From an uncultured Verrucomicrobiae bacterium (GTDB lineage: Bacteria > Verrucomicrobiota > Verrucomicrobiia > Chthoniobacterales > UBA10450): a DNA stretch of 64,000 bases. The translations under genes were made by a program, and so were the position numbers. The stretch is from the NCBI GenBank assembly GCA_963834385.1, contig CAWIBO010000003.1:288001-352000 (forward strand). The letters run 5' to 3'. Under the pieces are notes generated by a model. It had not been told where the DNA came from. It saw only the letters and a list, made by a program, of their open reading frames with translations, and searched no databases. How positions within the stretch are numbered: the stretch's first letter is position 1; each line of letters opens with the position of its first letter. This document shows, piece by piece, positions 41,929-52,020 of the stretch.

Positions 41929-42930
41929 ATGAAGACTCTCGTTCTGGCGCTGCTCTGCGCCGTTCTCCCCGGCGCGGTGGGCGCGCAAACAGAAGCCGCG
42001 GCCATGCAGGCGATCCGTTACCATTCCTTCGGCGGCCCGGAGGTTCTCAAACTGGAGGAAGTGCCGCGCCCCACACCGGCCGCCGATGAATTGCTCGTGC
42101 GCGTCGCGGCCGCCGGCGTCAATCCGGTGGACGCAAAAGTGCGGTCAGGCGCTTTCAAGCGTGGGGGCGAGAAATTGCCAGCCATCCCGGGTTACGACGT
42201 TTCCGGCGTGGTGGAGGAAATCGGCGCGAAGGTGACCCGGTTCAAAAAGGGCGACCCGGTTTACGCCTATCTGAGCCTCCAGCGCGGCGGCGCCTACGCG
42301 CAGTATGCCATCGTGAAGGAGGAGGAAGCGGCCGCGCGCCCGGCGAAGTTGAGCGACGCGGAAGCGGCGGCGGTGCCGCTGGCGGCCCTGACCGCGTGGC
42401 AGGCGCTGGTGGAAACGGCGAAGCTGCAGAGCGGGCAGAGCGTTCTTATCCACGGGGGTTCCGGCGGGGTCGGCAGTTTTGCCGTCCAGATTGCGAAAGC
42501 GCGCGGCGCAAAAGTTTTCGCCACCGCCTCGACCCGCAACCAGGAAACGCTGAAGAAACTGGGTGCCGACGTTCCCATCGACTACACCACGACGAAATTC
42601 GAGGAGGTGGCAAAGGAAGTCGATGTCGTCCTCGACATGATCTCGGGCGACACCTTGCGTCGTTCCTACGATGTCCTGAAAAAGGGAGGTTTCCTTGTCT
42701 CGATCCTTGGCCCGCCCGACCGGGCGGAGCTGGAGAAGCGCGGTCTTCGCGGCGAAGGAATTTTGGTGCGCCCGAGTGGCGCGATGCTGGGCGAGATTTC
42801 GCAGTTGATCGAGGCCGGGAAGATCGACGTGGTCGTTTCCGAGAAACTGCCGCTGGCCGAGGCGGCCAAAGCGCATCGCCAGATCGAGACTGGCCACACC
42901 CGCGGCAAGATCGTTCTCACCGTTCCCTGA
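41929..42930 (+). CDS. NADP-dependent oxidoreductase (MDR / quinone oxidoreductase family)
   Basis: FGGPEVL, AAGVNPVD, PGYDVSG, VLIHGGSGGVG, GHTRGKIVL. Confidence 0.92.
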   Translation: MKTLVLALLCAVLPGAVGAQTEAAAMQAIRYHSFGGPEVLKLEEVPRPTPAADELLVRVAAAGVNPVDAKVRSGAFKRGGEKLPAIPGYDVSGVVEEIGAKVTRFKKGDPVYAYLSLQRGGAYAQYAIVKEEEAAARPAKLSDAEAAAVPLAALTAWQALVETAKLQSGQSVLIHGGSGGVGSFAVQIAKARGAKVFATASTRNQETLKKLGADVPIDYTTTKFEEVAKEVDVVLDMISGDTLRRSYDVLKKGGFLVSILGPPDRAELEKRGLRGEGILVRPSGAMLGEISQLIEAGKIDVVVSEKLPLAEAAKAHRQIETGHTRGKIVLTVP

Positions 42931-42951
42931 TCCGCGCGCGCGCGGCGAGGA

Positions 42952-43320
42952 TCAGTAGCGGACCTGATACGACCCGCGCGGGACCCCGGCCAGTTTGCGC
43001 AGGCCGTAGGGCATCACGGCATACCAGCGCAGCTTGTCCGGAGCGCGGCGCGGCCGAAAGATGCCGCCTCGCCGCTCGATCCCGCGCCCAAAGGTCCGCT
43101 GACCGACCGGCGCGGGAGCGCGATAATAACTGCCGTCGGCTTCCGTGCGCTCCAGCCGGTAGACGCCCGGTGGAAAATGGAGCGTGGCGCGATGGAACGG
43201 TTTCGTCACCACGATCGCAGTGGGCGCGGTTTCTCCAGCAGGCCGGGTGGAGGCGCAGCCGGCCAGGAGAAGTGCGGCCCCGAAGAGAACGACGAGCCGA
43301 CAGACAGGCGAAGCGGACAT
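42952..43320 (-). CDS. Hypothetical lipoprotein
   Basis: Lipobox LLAGC. Confidence 0.65.
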   Translation of the reverse strand: MSASPVCRLVVLFGAALLLAGCASTRPAGETAPTAIVVTKPFHRATLHFPPGVYRLERTEADGSYYRAPAPVGQRTFGRGIERRGGIFRPRRAPDKLRWYAVMPYGLRKLAGVPRGSYQVRY

Positions 43321-43434
43321 CGAACGAAAATGGCGGCATCAACGCGCGGACACAACCCGTTTCCCAGTCCGGACAGTGCCGGCACCCGCGGAGAAAGGCC
43401 TTGCCTTTAATCGCTCGCGGCAAAGGTTTGCGGA

Positions 43435-43827
43435 ATGAAGCGCGTCACCGGGCTGGGCGGGATTTTCTTCAAGAGCGAGGATCCCGATCAGCTGCGCGAG
43501 TGGTATGGCAAACATCTCGGGATCGAGAGCGAGGAATGGGGCGCGATCTTCAAATGGCGCGACCACGAAACGCCCGCGCGCGAGGGTTACACGGTCTGGA
43601 GTCCTTTTGAAAAGGAGACGCATTACTTCGCGCCGAGCGCGAAGCCGTTCATGATCAATTATCGCGTGGAGAACCTGGCCGCGGTCCTCGAGCAGTTGCG
43701 CCAGGAGGGCGTGGCGGTGGACGACAAGACGGAGGAATCGGAATTCGGCAAGTTCGGCTGGGTCATGGATCCGGAGGGGAACCGGATCGAGCTCTGGGAA
43801 CCGCCGGCCACGCCCCCGGCCTCCTGA
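43435..43827 (+). CDS. VOC (glyoxalase) family protein
   Basis: RVTGLGGIFFK, MINYRV, GKFGWVMDPEGNRIELWEP. Confidence 0.93.
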   Translation: MKRVTGLGGIFFKSEDPDQLREWYGKHLGIESEEWGAIFKWRDHETPAREGYTVWSPFEKETHYFAPSAKPFMINYRVENLAAVLEQLRQEGVAVDDKTEESEFGKFGWVMDPEGNRIELWEPPATPPAS

Positions 43828-43829
43828 TT

Positions 43830-44447
43830 GTGGGACGTGTTCGCTCCAGCAAACCGCGCGCTGGGAAAAAACGCGCGGCGCCTGCCGCGAAGAAGCCTCG
43901 CGCGGAGAACGCGCCGGCGTCACCGTTCAAGGAATGGCGGAATCGTTTTGTGCGCGTGGCCGGCCGGCCGGTCAGTTACATCGTGGAGGAACACAGCGAC
44001 CCCGACCGGATTGATCATGTCTGGATCGATGTCGATACGGGCGAGCACGGGCTGGTCCGGATTGCCTTGAACACCTGGTCGCGGATTAGCCGTCGGAGCG
44101 GGTTCGAAGACCGGATGTTTCTCCGCGTGGTCCCGGGCAAATGGGAGGACCTGCCGGCGCCGGGCATCGAGCTGAGCGGCGACCGCACTTACGAGGAGGG
44201 CAAATTCAAACCCATGGCGCCGCGGTCCCTGGAGCAACTGTTTATCGACCGGGCCGGGAAATCGCTCCTGGTGGAAGCCTGGGGCGAACTTTATCTCACG
44301 CCGGCGCCCGGCATTCACCAGGTGCACAGCCGGCGGTCCAGTTGCGCGGTGGAAACAAGCGTGAAAGGCCGCGACGGCGCGGTGCGGTTCTACTTCAAGG
44401 AAGGCAACCGCTCGGAAACGTTCCTCCTCAAGTTCTGCGGCCAGTAA
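43830..44447 (+). CDS. Hypothetical protein, distant DUF2278-like
   Basis: DHVWI...RIALN, AWGELY..PGIHQVH...DGAVRFYF...LLKFCGQ. Confidence 0.55.
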   Translation: MGRVRSSKPRAGKKRAAPAAKKPRAENAPASPFKEWRNRFVRVAGRPVSYIVEEHSDPDRIDHVWIDVDTGEHGLVRIALNTWSRISRRSGFEDRMFLRVVPGKWEDLPAPGIELSGDRTYEEGKFKPMAPRSLEQLFIDRAGKSLLVEAWGELYLTPAPGIHQVHSRRSSCAVETSVKGRDGAVRFYFKEGNRSETFLLKFCGQ

Positions 44448-44453
44448 AAAAGC

Positions 44454-44855
44454 CTACGGGTCGCCGTGGCTGTTGGCGCGTTTGCGGAAGGTCAGGAAAA
44501 GTCTCGTTTCGTTCGTTGGTTTGGTTACCGCGATGGTGGCCGGCCCTGCAACCACCACGGCATCCCGGGCCTTGGGATCGTCGTGCCGCCCGGCAACCAG
44601 CACGCGCGCCGTCACGCTGTCCCGCGTCACCGTGATGAAATATTCGCCGGAACCATCGTAAACAAAATCAATGATCCGCAGGGTGGCGCCCTCCGGGACG
44701 TTGATTTCAAACTGGTCGTCGGCTGACGACGAGGTCAGGAGACGTGTCTTGAAATGATCCGCGGACGCGGGCGCGACCATGGCCAGGAGCAACGAGCAGC
44801 AGATTGCCAGGGTTCTCACGCGGCTGATTCCATCAGGAAAGAGCGATCCTGACAA
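44454..44855 (-). CDS. Hypothetical secreted protein
   Basis: Signal-peptide-like LAICCSLLLAMVAPASA; follows the TonB receptor. Confidence 0.55.
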   Translation of the reverse strand: MSGSLFPDGISRVRTLAICCSLLLAMVAPASADHFKTRLLTSSSADDQFEINVPEGATLRIIDFVYDGSGEYFITVTRDSVTARVLVAGRHDDPKARDAVVVAGPATIAVTKPTNETRLFLTFRKRANSHGDP

Positions 44856-44871
44856 GCCGCCGGACGCTTAG

Positions 44872-46965
44872 TCAAAAACGGGTGCGCGCCTGCAGCGTGA
44901 GCAGCCGGGGCGAACCGATCTGGGTGAGGCCATCGGCGGTTTTGCCGGTCTCGATTTCGGTGTCGAACAGGTTTTCAATCCGCGCCGCCACGCTCAGGTG
45001 CGGCCCGATCTCGTAATTCATCCCGAGGTCGACCGTGGTGAAACCAGCCAGGCGCCGCGAGTTTTGGTCGTCCTCAAACTGCGCGCCGGTATAACGAACC
45101 TGCGCCTGCGCGGTGAACCGCGCGTCCGGTCGCCATTCCAGGCCCGCCACCGCGACATGTTGCGGCGTTTGCGCGAGGAGATTCCCTTCCAGTCCGTTTT
45201 CCTCCGCCTCCGCAATGGTCGGGCAGGTGAAAATGTAACTGGCCTGCAGGATCAGCGGTCGCGCCACGCGCCAGTTCATCTTCCCTTCCACACCCGGGGC
45301 CAGCACGAGGTCGACATTGCGCCGCTGCCGCAGGACGCCGCCCGCCGGGACAAACCCGCCCGGATCGAACGTGCCGGGGCCGCGCCCGATGGTCACGTTG
45401 CCGATGGCATCCTGCAGCGCGTTGAAAAAACCGACCGCGCTCAGGCGCAGCGGTTCCACCGGTTGCCAGTCCGCCCCCGCCTCGCCGCCGAGCAAGCGCT
45501 CCGGCTCCAGCCCGGCGTTGGCCTCGGTGATGTCGTTGCCCACCCGGAACGGCCGGTAAAGCTCGTTCAAGGTCGGAACCCGGAAACCGGTGTAACCCGC
45601 CCCGCGCAGGGTCAGGTGATCGTTCACCTGCCATTCCGCGCCGGTCCGCCCGTTCAGGCTGACGCCGTCCCGGTCCGGGTAGGTCTGGCGCAGCAAGGCC
45701 GCACCGGTGACACGATCGAACTCGCGGCGCATCCCGTCGAACAATCGCCAGTAATCGAGGCGCGCCCCGCCGACGATCATCGTGGCCGGGGTCGCCTGCC
45801 AGGTTTCCTCGGCAAAAATCCCGAGGAAAAGCTGGCGCCCACCGGCGTTGCGTCCCCGGCTGAACCCGGCGCCGGTCCAGCGAAAGAATTCGTTGGTCTC
45901 GCCTTCCACCCAGCGCAGGTCGCTCCCCAGGGTGAGACGATGGTCGGGAGCGGGCGCCATTTGCCAGACGGCGCTGCCGCCCGCGGCGTTGGCCGGCACA
46001 TCATATTGATCGAGCGCGGGCGTTTCGTTGCGCCGATCGGCGCTGACCGAACTGAAAGTGCTGCGAAATTTTCGGCGCTGAAACCAGCCGGCGACGGCGA
46101 GCTCGGCCTCGAGCCGGGGCAGGCGCAAGGTCAGCAGCGCGCTGGCGTCGTTCCCGGTGGTTTCGTTGCGGGTGAAAACGGTGCCGTTGTTCCGTTCCTC
46201 ATGAAACCGGCGCGCCCGCACCTGCAGCGAGGCTTCTCCGCTGAGCTGGAACCGGCCGGCAAACTGGAGAAGATCGGAATCAACGCCCGCCTCGGTATCG
46301 ATGCGTCCGCGGCGCCCGGCTTCGACCACCGGATAGCCGGCGGTGGAAAATCGTTCGCCGAAAAGGGAGAGCGCGACAGGTCCCTCGACCAGGTCGCCCG
46401 TGGCGGCGACGCCATAAGTCTCCTGGTTGCCCACGGTGGTCTCGAGCATGGCCCCGGTCCGGTCGGGTTGCGCCGAGGAAGCGAAGATGGTGCCGGCGAT
46501 GGCGGCGTTGCCGAAGAGCCCGGCGCCGCCGCCCGACTGCACAATAATGGAGGAGAGCGAGGAAGGGGGGAGCTGATTCCAGAGCACGTAACCGGCGAAC
46601 GGATCGTTCAGCGGGATGCCGTCGAGCAGGACCAGCGTGCGTCCCGCGCCGCTGGGCCCGAAGTTGCGGAGCGTGACCCCTTGCGTGGTCGGGTTGGCCG
46701 CGCGGCTGCTGTTCCGGCGAAACAGGCTGAACCCCGGAATTTCCGCGCGCAGAAGATCGTCGAGGCGCAACTGCGGCGCCTCCTCCAGTTCCTTCTTCTC
46801 GATCACCTGCACCGTGAACGGCGCGCGGGAAGCGTCGTCCGGCAGACGGTCGGCGCGGACCACCACGCGATCGACCGCACTTTGGGCAAGGAGCGGAGCG
46901 GGCAGTCCGACGGCGAGGAGCATGACGGCGCGCACAACGTGCCCATGGGGGAAAAGATGGTTCAC
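44872..46965 (-). CDS. TonB-dependent receptor
   Basis: VVVRADR TonB box, RTLVLLDGIPLND plug, FRVPTLNELY, IENLFD, terminal Phe. Confidence 0.93.
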   Translation of the reverse strand: MNHLFPHGHVVRAVMLLAVGLPAPLLAQSAVDRVVVRADRLPDDASRAPFTVQVIEKKELEEAPQLRLDDLLRAEIPGFSLFRRNSSRAANPTTQGVTLRNFGPSGAGRTLVLLDGIPLNDPFAGYVLWNQLPPSSLSSIIVQSGGGAGLFGNAAIAGTIFASSAQPDRTGAMLETTVGNQETYGVAATGDLVEGPVALSLFGERFSTAGYPVVEAGRRGRIDTEAGVDSDLLQFAGRFQLSGEASLQVRARRFHEERNNGTVFTRNETTGNDASALLTLRLPRLEAELAVAGWFQRRKFRSTFSSVSADRRNETPALDQYDVPANAAGGSAVWQMAPAPDHRLTLGSDLRWVEGETNEFFRWTGAGFSRGRNAGGRQLFLGIFAEETWQATPATMIVGGARLDYWRLFDGMRREFDRVTGAALLRQTYPDRDGVSLNGRTGAEWQVNDHLTLRGAGYTGFRVPTLNELYRPFRVGNDITEANAGLEPERLLGGEAGADWQPVEPLRLSAVGFFNALQDAIGNVTIGRGPGTFDPGGFVPAGGVLRQRRNVDLVLAPGVEGKMNWRVARPLILQASYIFTCPTIAEAEENGLEGNLLAQTPQHVAVAGLEWRPDARFTAQAQVRYTGAQFEDDQNSRRLAGFTTVDLGMNYEIGPHLSVAARIENLFDTEIETGKTADGLTQIGSPRLLTLQARTRF

Positions 46966-46990
46966 AGGACTTTCGGCGCGGCCCGCGCCG

Positions 46991-47062
46991 TGGGCAGTGA
47001 GGGGATCGAACCCCCGACCAACTCGGTGTAAACGAGCCGCTCTACCGCTGAGCTAACTGCCC
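46991..47062 (-). tRNA. tRNA-Val(TAC), CCA not encoded
   Basis: GGGCAGTTAGCTCAGCGGTAGAGCGGCTCGTT-TAC-ACCGAGTTGGTCGGGGGTTCGATCCCCTCACTGCCCA. Confidence 0.96.
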
Positions 47063-47109
47063 GGTGACGCGCCGATTGTCTCGGTCAAAAACCGCCTCCC
47101 GGCAAACAA

Positions 47110-47542
47110 GATTGAATTTGGAAACCAGGAATCCAGGAAAAGGAATTGAATTAGGAAAGCAGGAAAACAGGAAACAGGATTGAATTTGGAAACTGAAGCA
47201 GGAAGGGGAACAGGAACAAATTTGGAAGCCAGGAATCCAGGAAAGGATGAATCAGGAAGGCAGGAAAACAGGAAACTGGATTGAAATCGATTGGAAACCA
47301 TAGGCCGACCCTTCTTCATCCTGCTTTCCCGGGCTTCCAAATTTTCTTAATCTTAATTCTTAATTCAGGGACCGGCCTCACGCGAAGGCGCTGAGGTCGC
47401 AAAGGATGGAAACCGGAGAGCTAGCTCGCCCTCTCTTCATCCTGCTTTCCTATTTTCCTGATTCAAATTCCTTCCTGGTTTCCTGGCTTCCAAATTCGTT
47501 CCTTCAGCCTTCTTAATTCTTCCTTCTTAATTCATACTTCCT
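47110..47542. repeat. CAGGAA-based purine arm and pyrimidine arm repeat block (left flank of the AKR gene)
   Basis: Units GAATTTGGAARCCAGGAA and GAATYAGGAAAGCAGGAA, then their complements. Confidence 0.85.
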
Positions 47543-48445
47543 TCAGATCTGCCCTATCCAGGTTTTCGGGGCGACGTCGTCCCAGCGTTCCCGGATCATT
47601 TCGTAATCGGCCGGCTTGAGCGGCCCGGCCTCGAGCAGTTTCGCGTTGGCCGCCCAGCGCTCCGGGTTTTTTGTGCCAACAATGGCCACGTGCACGCCCG
47701 GGACGCTGAGGGTGAACCGGAGCGCCATGCTGAAGCTTTTTTCCGGGGTGGAAGAATCGAGAAACTCGTAGCCGAGCTTGCGTAACCGGTCCCAGGACTC
47801 GTGCGCGTAGGAGTTTTCCGGTTTATGCCCGGTCTTCCAGGCGGCATTCGCAATCGGACGCTTCGCGATCACCCCCATCTCTTTTACCCGCGCCAGCGGC
47901 AGGGAAAGATCGATCGCTTCCTGGTCGGCGATGTTGATGGAGGTCTGGAGCGCGTCGAACGCCCCGGTCTGCGCGGCGAACCGCGCCGCCTGCGAATCGC
48001 CGCTGTAACCGATGTAACGCGTGTAGCCCCGTTCGCGCGCGGTCTGGAGCGCGGAGATCGCGTCCCCTTTCTCCAGAACCCCTTCCGGACAACTGTGCAA
48101 AAGGACGAGGTCGAGCCGGTCGGTCTGGAGCCGGCGCAGGCTGCGCTGGATCGTTTCCAGGATGGAATCGGGCGTCCAATTGGCCGCGCTCTCCATCCCG
48201 TGCGGATGGCCCACCTTGGAAAAGAGATGAAACTGGTCGCGCCGATGCGAAACGGTTTTGCCGATGAGCTCCTCGCTGTTGCCGTAGCACTCCGCGGTAT
48301 CGATCACGTTGAGGCCGGCATCGAGGGCCGCGTTCAGCAGCCTGGCCACGTCCTTTTCCTCCGCGCCTTCCAGGCCGATCTCGGCGCCGCCAAACCCGAG
48401 CACGGAGACCTGCATATCGGTGCTGCCAAATGTGCGTCGTTCCAT
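47543..48445 (-). CDS. Aldo/keto reductase
   Basis: VSVLGFG, IDTAECYG.SEE.IG, SLRRLQTDRLDLVLLH, IVGTKN. Confidence 0.94.
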   Translation of the reverse strand: MERRTFGSTDMQVSVLGFGGAEIGLEGAEEKDVARLLNAALDAGLNVIDTAECYGNSEELIGKTVSHRRDQFHLFSKVGHPHGMESAANWTPDSILETIQRSLRRLQTDRLDLVLLHSCPEGVLEKGDAISALQTARERGYTRYIGYSGDSQAARFAAQTGAFDALQTSINIADQEAIDLSLPLARVKEMGVIAKRPIANAAWKTGHKPENSYAHESWDRLRKLGYEFLDSSTPEKSFSMALRFTLSVPGVHVAIVGTKNPERWAANAKLLEAGPLKPADYEMIRERWDDVAPKTWIGQI

Positions 48446-48449
48446 GGCT

Positions 48450-48764
48450 GAAATTAGGAAGGAAGTGTTAGGAAGGAAGAAGGAAAAATTAAGAATTAAG
48501 AAGGAAGGAATTTGGAAGCCAGGAAACCAGGAAGGAATTTAAATCAGGAAAATAGGAAAGCAGGATGAAGAAGGGTCGGATTACTCCCGGGTTCCAAACA
48601 TCTCTAGTTTCCCGCCTTCTGATTCAACCTTTCCGGTTTCCTGTTTCAAATCATTTCCTCCTTTCCTGATTCAATTCTCCTCTTCCTGGTTTCCAAATTC
48701 AATCCCGTTTCCTGTGTTCCTGCTTTCCTAATTCATTTCCGTTTCCTGGTTTCCTGCTTTCAAA
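48450..48764. repeat. CAGGAA-based repeat block, inverted counterpart of 47110-47542
   Basis: 48508-48570 is the reverse complement of 47435-47497 (1 mismatch); 48689-48735 is the reverse complement of 47147-47193 (2 mismatches). Confidence 0.88.
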
Positions 48765-50267
48765 TCATCCTGTTTCCAGGAGGTGTGACAGGAGGAGCGC
48801 GGCGGCGAAGAGGGTGAAGGTCCAGAGGGGCAGAACGAATCGCGGCTGGAACTCGGTCAGGAAACAGGTGCCGAGCAGGACAGCTTCGCCGCTTAAAACG
48901 AACGCTAGCGCGCAGGCGGCGTCGGCCCGCGCCGCCGGCGTCCGGCGGAGCAGAAGAATCGTGGTGAGCGCAATCAGGCCGCCCCCGAGGACCACGCGCA
49001 GGCTGATCGCTTTTCCCCAGCTCAGGTAATGATGACGCCGAAACATCTTCAGGATCGCGGCGGCGTCGCGATCACGAAATGTGCTCAGGCCGGCCGCCTG
49101 CGGCATTGAGCGTGTCCGACCGTAATAATAGGCGGTGGCGCGGAACAGTTGGCGCACGGGGGCCGTCACCGCGAGGCCGTGATACCGCAAAAAATCTTCG
49201 CGCACGAAGGTGAGGAAAAGCGGCGCCGGCGGGAAAAGGAAAGCGGACGTGACCTCGTTCAGGGTCTTGCCCAGTTGGTTTTCGGCGTGCCCGGGCAAGG
49301 CCTGATGAAATTTTTCCAGGAGCGCCAGCACATCGGGACGCCGCCCGGGCGGCGGTTCGCTCCGCAGCACCGACAGAACGCGACGGGCCTCCTCGCTTTC
49401 GACCCGACGGGCGACTTCGTCGATCAGCCGGGCGCGATCGGCCGCGCGCAGCCGGGACAGGAACTGGAGCCGCCACATGAAAGTGACGCCGGCCCGGCTG
49501 TGATATTCGAGCCCGTGCCATCCGGCCAGGCCGCGCGCGGTGAGGTCGGCCGCGATCAGGCTAACCAAACCCAGGGCCCCGGCCAGGAGCGCCTGTCGCA
49601 GACAGCGCCGCGCCGGGCCCGCACGGAACAAGGCCGCGAGAGCGAAGGCGGCGGGCAGGAGGATGACCAGGACGATGTTGATGTGCCGGGTCAGGATCGC
49701 GAGAAACAGAAGCACCCCGAAACCAGCCCAGGCCTGCCACCCCGCCGCGCCCGGCGGTCGCACGAGGCGCAGCGTCGCCACGGCCAGGGCGAGCGTCAGC
49801 AGGAGGCTGAGCGTTTCCGAGCCGACACAATGGGCAAAGGCGTAAAAGAGCGGGTTGGCCGCCGCCGCGAGCGCGAGAAGCAGGCGCACCGGACCGGAGC
49901 GCGAGATGGTGGTGATTGCCCAGAGACTGACGCCGGCCAGGGCGGCGTGTTGTGCGAGCACGAGCAGGAACACCCCGGTGTCGCACAGGATCGGCGCGGT
50001 GAAAAAGGAAGGCCCGGGGAAAGAGAGGGTGTCCGCGCGGAGCGTTTCCCAGGCGTAACCGAGAAAGAGGGGGAACCGCGCCAGCAAACAATACAGCGGC
50101 CCGTAATGGAGGATGGTGGCGAGCCCCGGCGGCGCCGTTACCTGGATGTAAGCGTCCACATCCTTCCAGAGCGGCGGCAGCGTGCCGAGCATCCAGGCCG
50201 AAGGGGCCAGGAGAACGCCGGCCAGGAGCAGGTGCAGGCGGATCGGCGACAAGGAGGGAAGGTTCAC
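48765..50267 (-). CDS. Hypothetical polytopic membrane protein (GT-C-like)
   Basis: Many TM segments; WKDVDAY, HYGPLY, VGSETL, LTRH, QPRF. Confidence 0.6.
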   Translation of the reverse strand: MNLPSLSPIRLHLLLAGVLLAPSAWMLGTLPPLWKDVDAYIQVTAPPGLATILHYGPLYCLLARFPLFLGYAWETLRADTLSFPGPSFFTAPILCDTGVFLLVLAQHAALAGVSLWAITTISRSGPVRLLLALAAAANPLFYAFAHCVGSETLSLLLTLALAVATLRLVRPPGAAGWQAWAGFGVLLFLAILTRHINIVLVILLPAAFALAALFRAGPARRCLRQALLAGALGLVSLIAADLTARGLAGWHGLEYHSRAGVTFMWRLQFLSRLRAADRARLIDEVARRVESEEARRVLSVLRSEPPPGRRPDVLALLEKFHQALPGHAENQLGKTLNEVTSAFLFPPAPLFLTFVREDFLRYHGLAVTAPVRQLFRATAYYYGRTRSMPQAAGLSTFRDRDAAAILKMFRRHHYLSWGKAISLRVVLGGGLIALTTILLLRRTPAARADAACALAFVLSGEAVLLGTCFLTEFQPRFVLPLWTFTLFAAALLLSHLLETG

Positions 50268-50392
50268 CGCGAAAGAAGGGCGGCCGCCCGGAAGGCGGAC
50301 GAAATCAGTCAGTCTTTTCCTTGCCGCGCCTGCAAGCCTTTCTGTAGAAGGAGGCCGTGCGAGACGTTCAAGCCGGCTAGGAAAGGGGAGTC

Positions 50393-51935
50393 ATGACCGC
50401 CGCGCTCGCCATGTTCCTCAGTTTTGTCGCGGTCACGCTGGGCATCACCTGGTGGGCGGCCCGGCGTTCGACCAGCACGGCGGCTTATTTTGCCGCCGGA
50501 CGCCGCATCTCGGGTTGGCAGAATGGGCTGGCGGTTTCCGGCGATTACATGAGCGCGGCCAGTTTCCTCGGCATCGCCGGGATGATCGCCATGAACGGGT
50601 TCGACGGGTTCATGTACTCGGTCGGGTTCCTTGTCGCCTACCTGACCGTGCTGCTGATCGTGGCCGAGCCGCTGCGCAACGCCGGCAAGTACACCATGGC
50701 CGACGTGCTGGCCTACCGGTTACGGCCGCGCCCGGTCCGCGCCTGGGCGTCGCTTTCCACCCTGACCGTGAGCACGTTCTACATGATCGCGCAGATGGTG
50801 GGGGCGGGGACGCTGGTCCGGCAGCTCATCCCGGGGTCAGTTATGAGATGGCGGTCATCGGCGTGGGCGTGCTCATGATTGTCTACGTCGTTTTCGGCGG
50901 GATGCTCGCCACCACCTGGGTCCAGATCATCAAGGCGATCCTGCTTATGAGCGGCAGCATTTTCCTCACGGTGCTCGTCCTGCAACGGTTCGATTTCAGC
51001 CTCGCGAAATTTTTCGCCTCGCTCACCGCGATTTCCTCGACCGAGGGCGGCGCCACCGTGACGCGCAATTTTCTGACGCCCGGGCTGCTTTTTAAAAATC
51101 CGCTCGACCAGATCTCGCTCGGTTTGGCCCTGATTTTCGGGACGCGCGGGGCTTCCGCACATCCTCATCCGGTTTTATACCGTGCCCGACGCCAAGACCG
51201 CCCGGGCCAGCGTCATCTGGGCCATGATCATCATCGGCCTGTTCTATATCATGACGACTTTCTTCGGGTTTGGAGCGGCCAGCCTGCTCGGGCCTGATTA
51301 TCTGCGCGGGCATGGCGGCACCAACATGGCGCGCGCCCGAGCTGGCCCGTTTTCTCGGGGGCGAACTCTTCTTTGCCTTTATCTCCGCGGTCGCTTTCGC
51401 CACCATCCTCGCGGTCGTGGCCGGCCTGACCATCAGCGCCAGCACCAGTTTCGCGCACGATTTTTTCACGAACGTGATTCATCACGGCAAGGAACACCGT
51501 CCGGGCGAGGAAGTGCGCGTGGCTCGGATCACCGCTTTTGCCGTGGGCGCGGCCTCCATCCTCATTGCCATCCTGCTCGGCCCGAAGGTGAACGTCGCGT
51601 TCCTCGTCGGCCTGGCTTTTGCCGTGGCCGCGAGCGCCAACCTGCCCGTGATCGTCTTTTCGATTTTCTGGCGCCGGTTCAACACCATGGGCGCCTGCCT
51701 CGGCCTCGCGGTCGGTCTTTTCTCCAGCATCCTCATCATTGCCGTCAGCCCCGATTTCATGGAGTCACCGCTCTTCCCGCTGCGGAACCCGGGTTTGCTC
51801 AGCATTCCGCTCGGGTTCCTCGGCGCGTTTCTCGGCACCCTGCTGACGCGCGAACCGTCGGCGGCGGAACGCTTCGATGAGCTGACCGTGCGGGCCAACA
51901 CCGGGCTGGGCGCGGAAAAAGCAACCACGGAATAG
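50393..51935 (+). CDS. actP: Cation/acetate symporter (SSS family); frameshifts near 50832, 51145 and 51332
   Basis: [64 protein letters not shown]. Confidence 0.9.
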
Positions 51936-51977
51936 GCCAAAGCGCGCGGGGTGATCGCCCGCCCCAAGTCCGTTTCC

Positions 51978-52020
51978 TTGACGCGTCTCAACTGAGACGT
52001 TATCATGTCTCATATGAGAT
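51978..52020 (+). promoter_or_regulatory. TA operon promoter with two palindromic operators
   Basis: TTGACG-17-TATCAT; CGTCTCA-AC-TGAGACG (51984-51999) and GTCTCA-TA-TGAGAT (52007-52020). Confidence 0.8.

Noticed and set aside
47053..47340. Small ORFs over repeat blocks (also 48309-48542, 55392-55955, 62189-62494)
   Set aside because: Translations of low-complexity repeats with no coding signature.
47110..48764. CRISPR array
   Set aside because: Repeats are degenerate, variable in length and switch strand; there are no regular unique spacers and no cas genes. The same applies at 55.4-55.7 kb and 62.1-62.4 kb.
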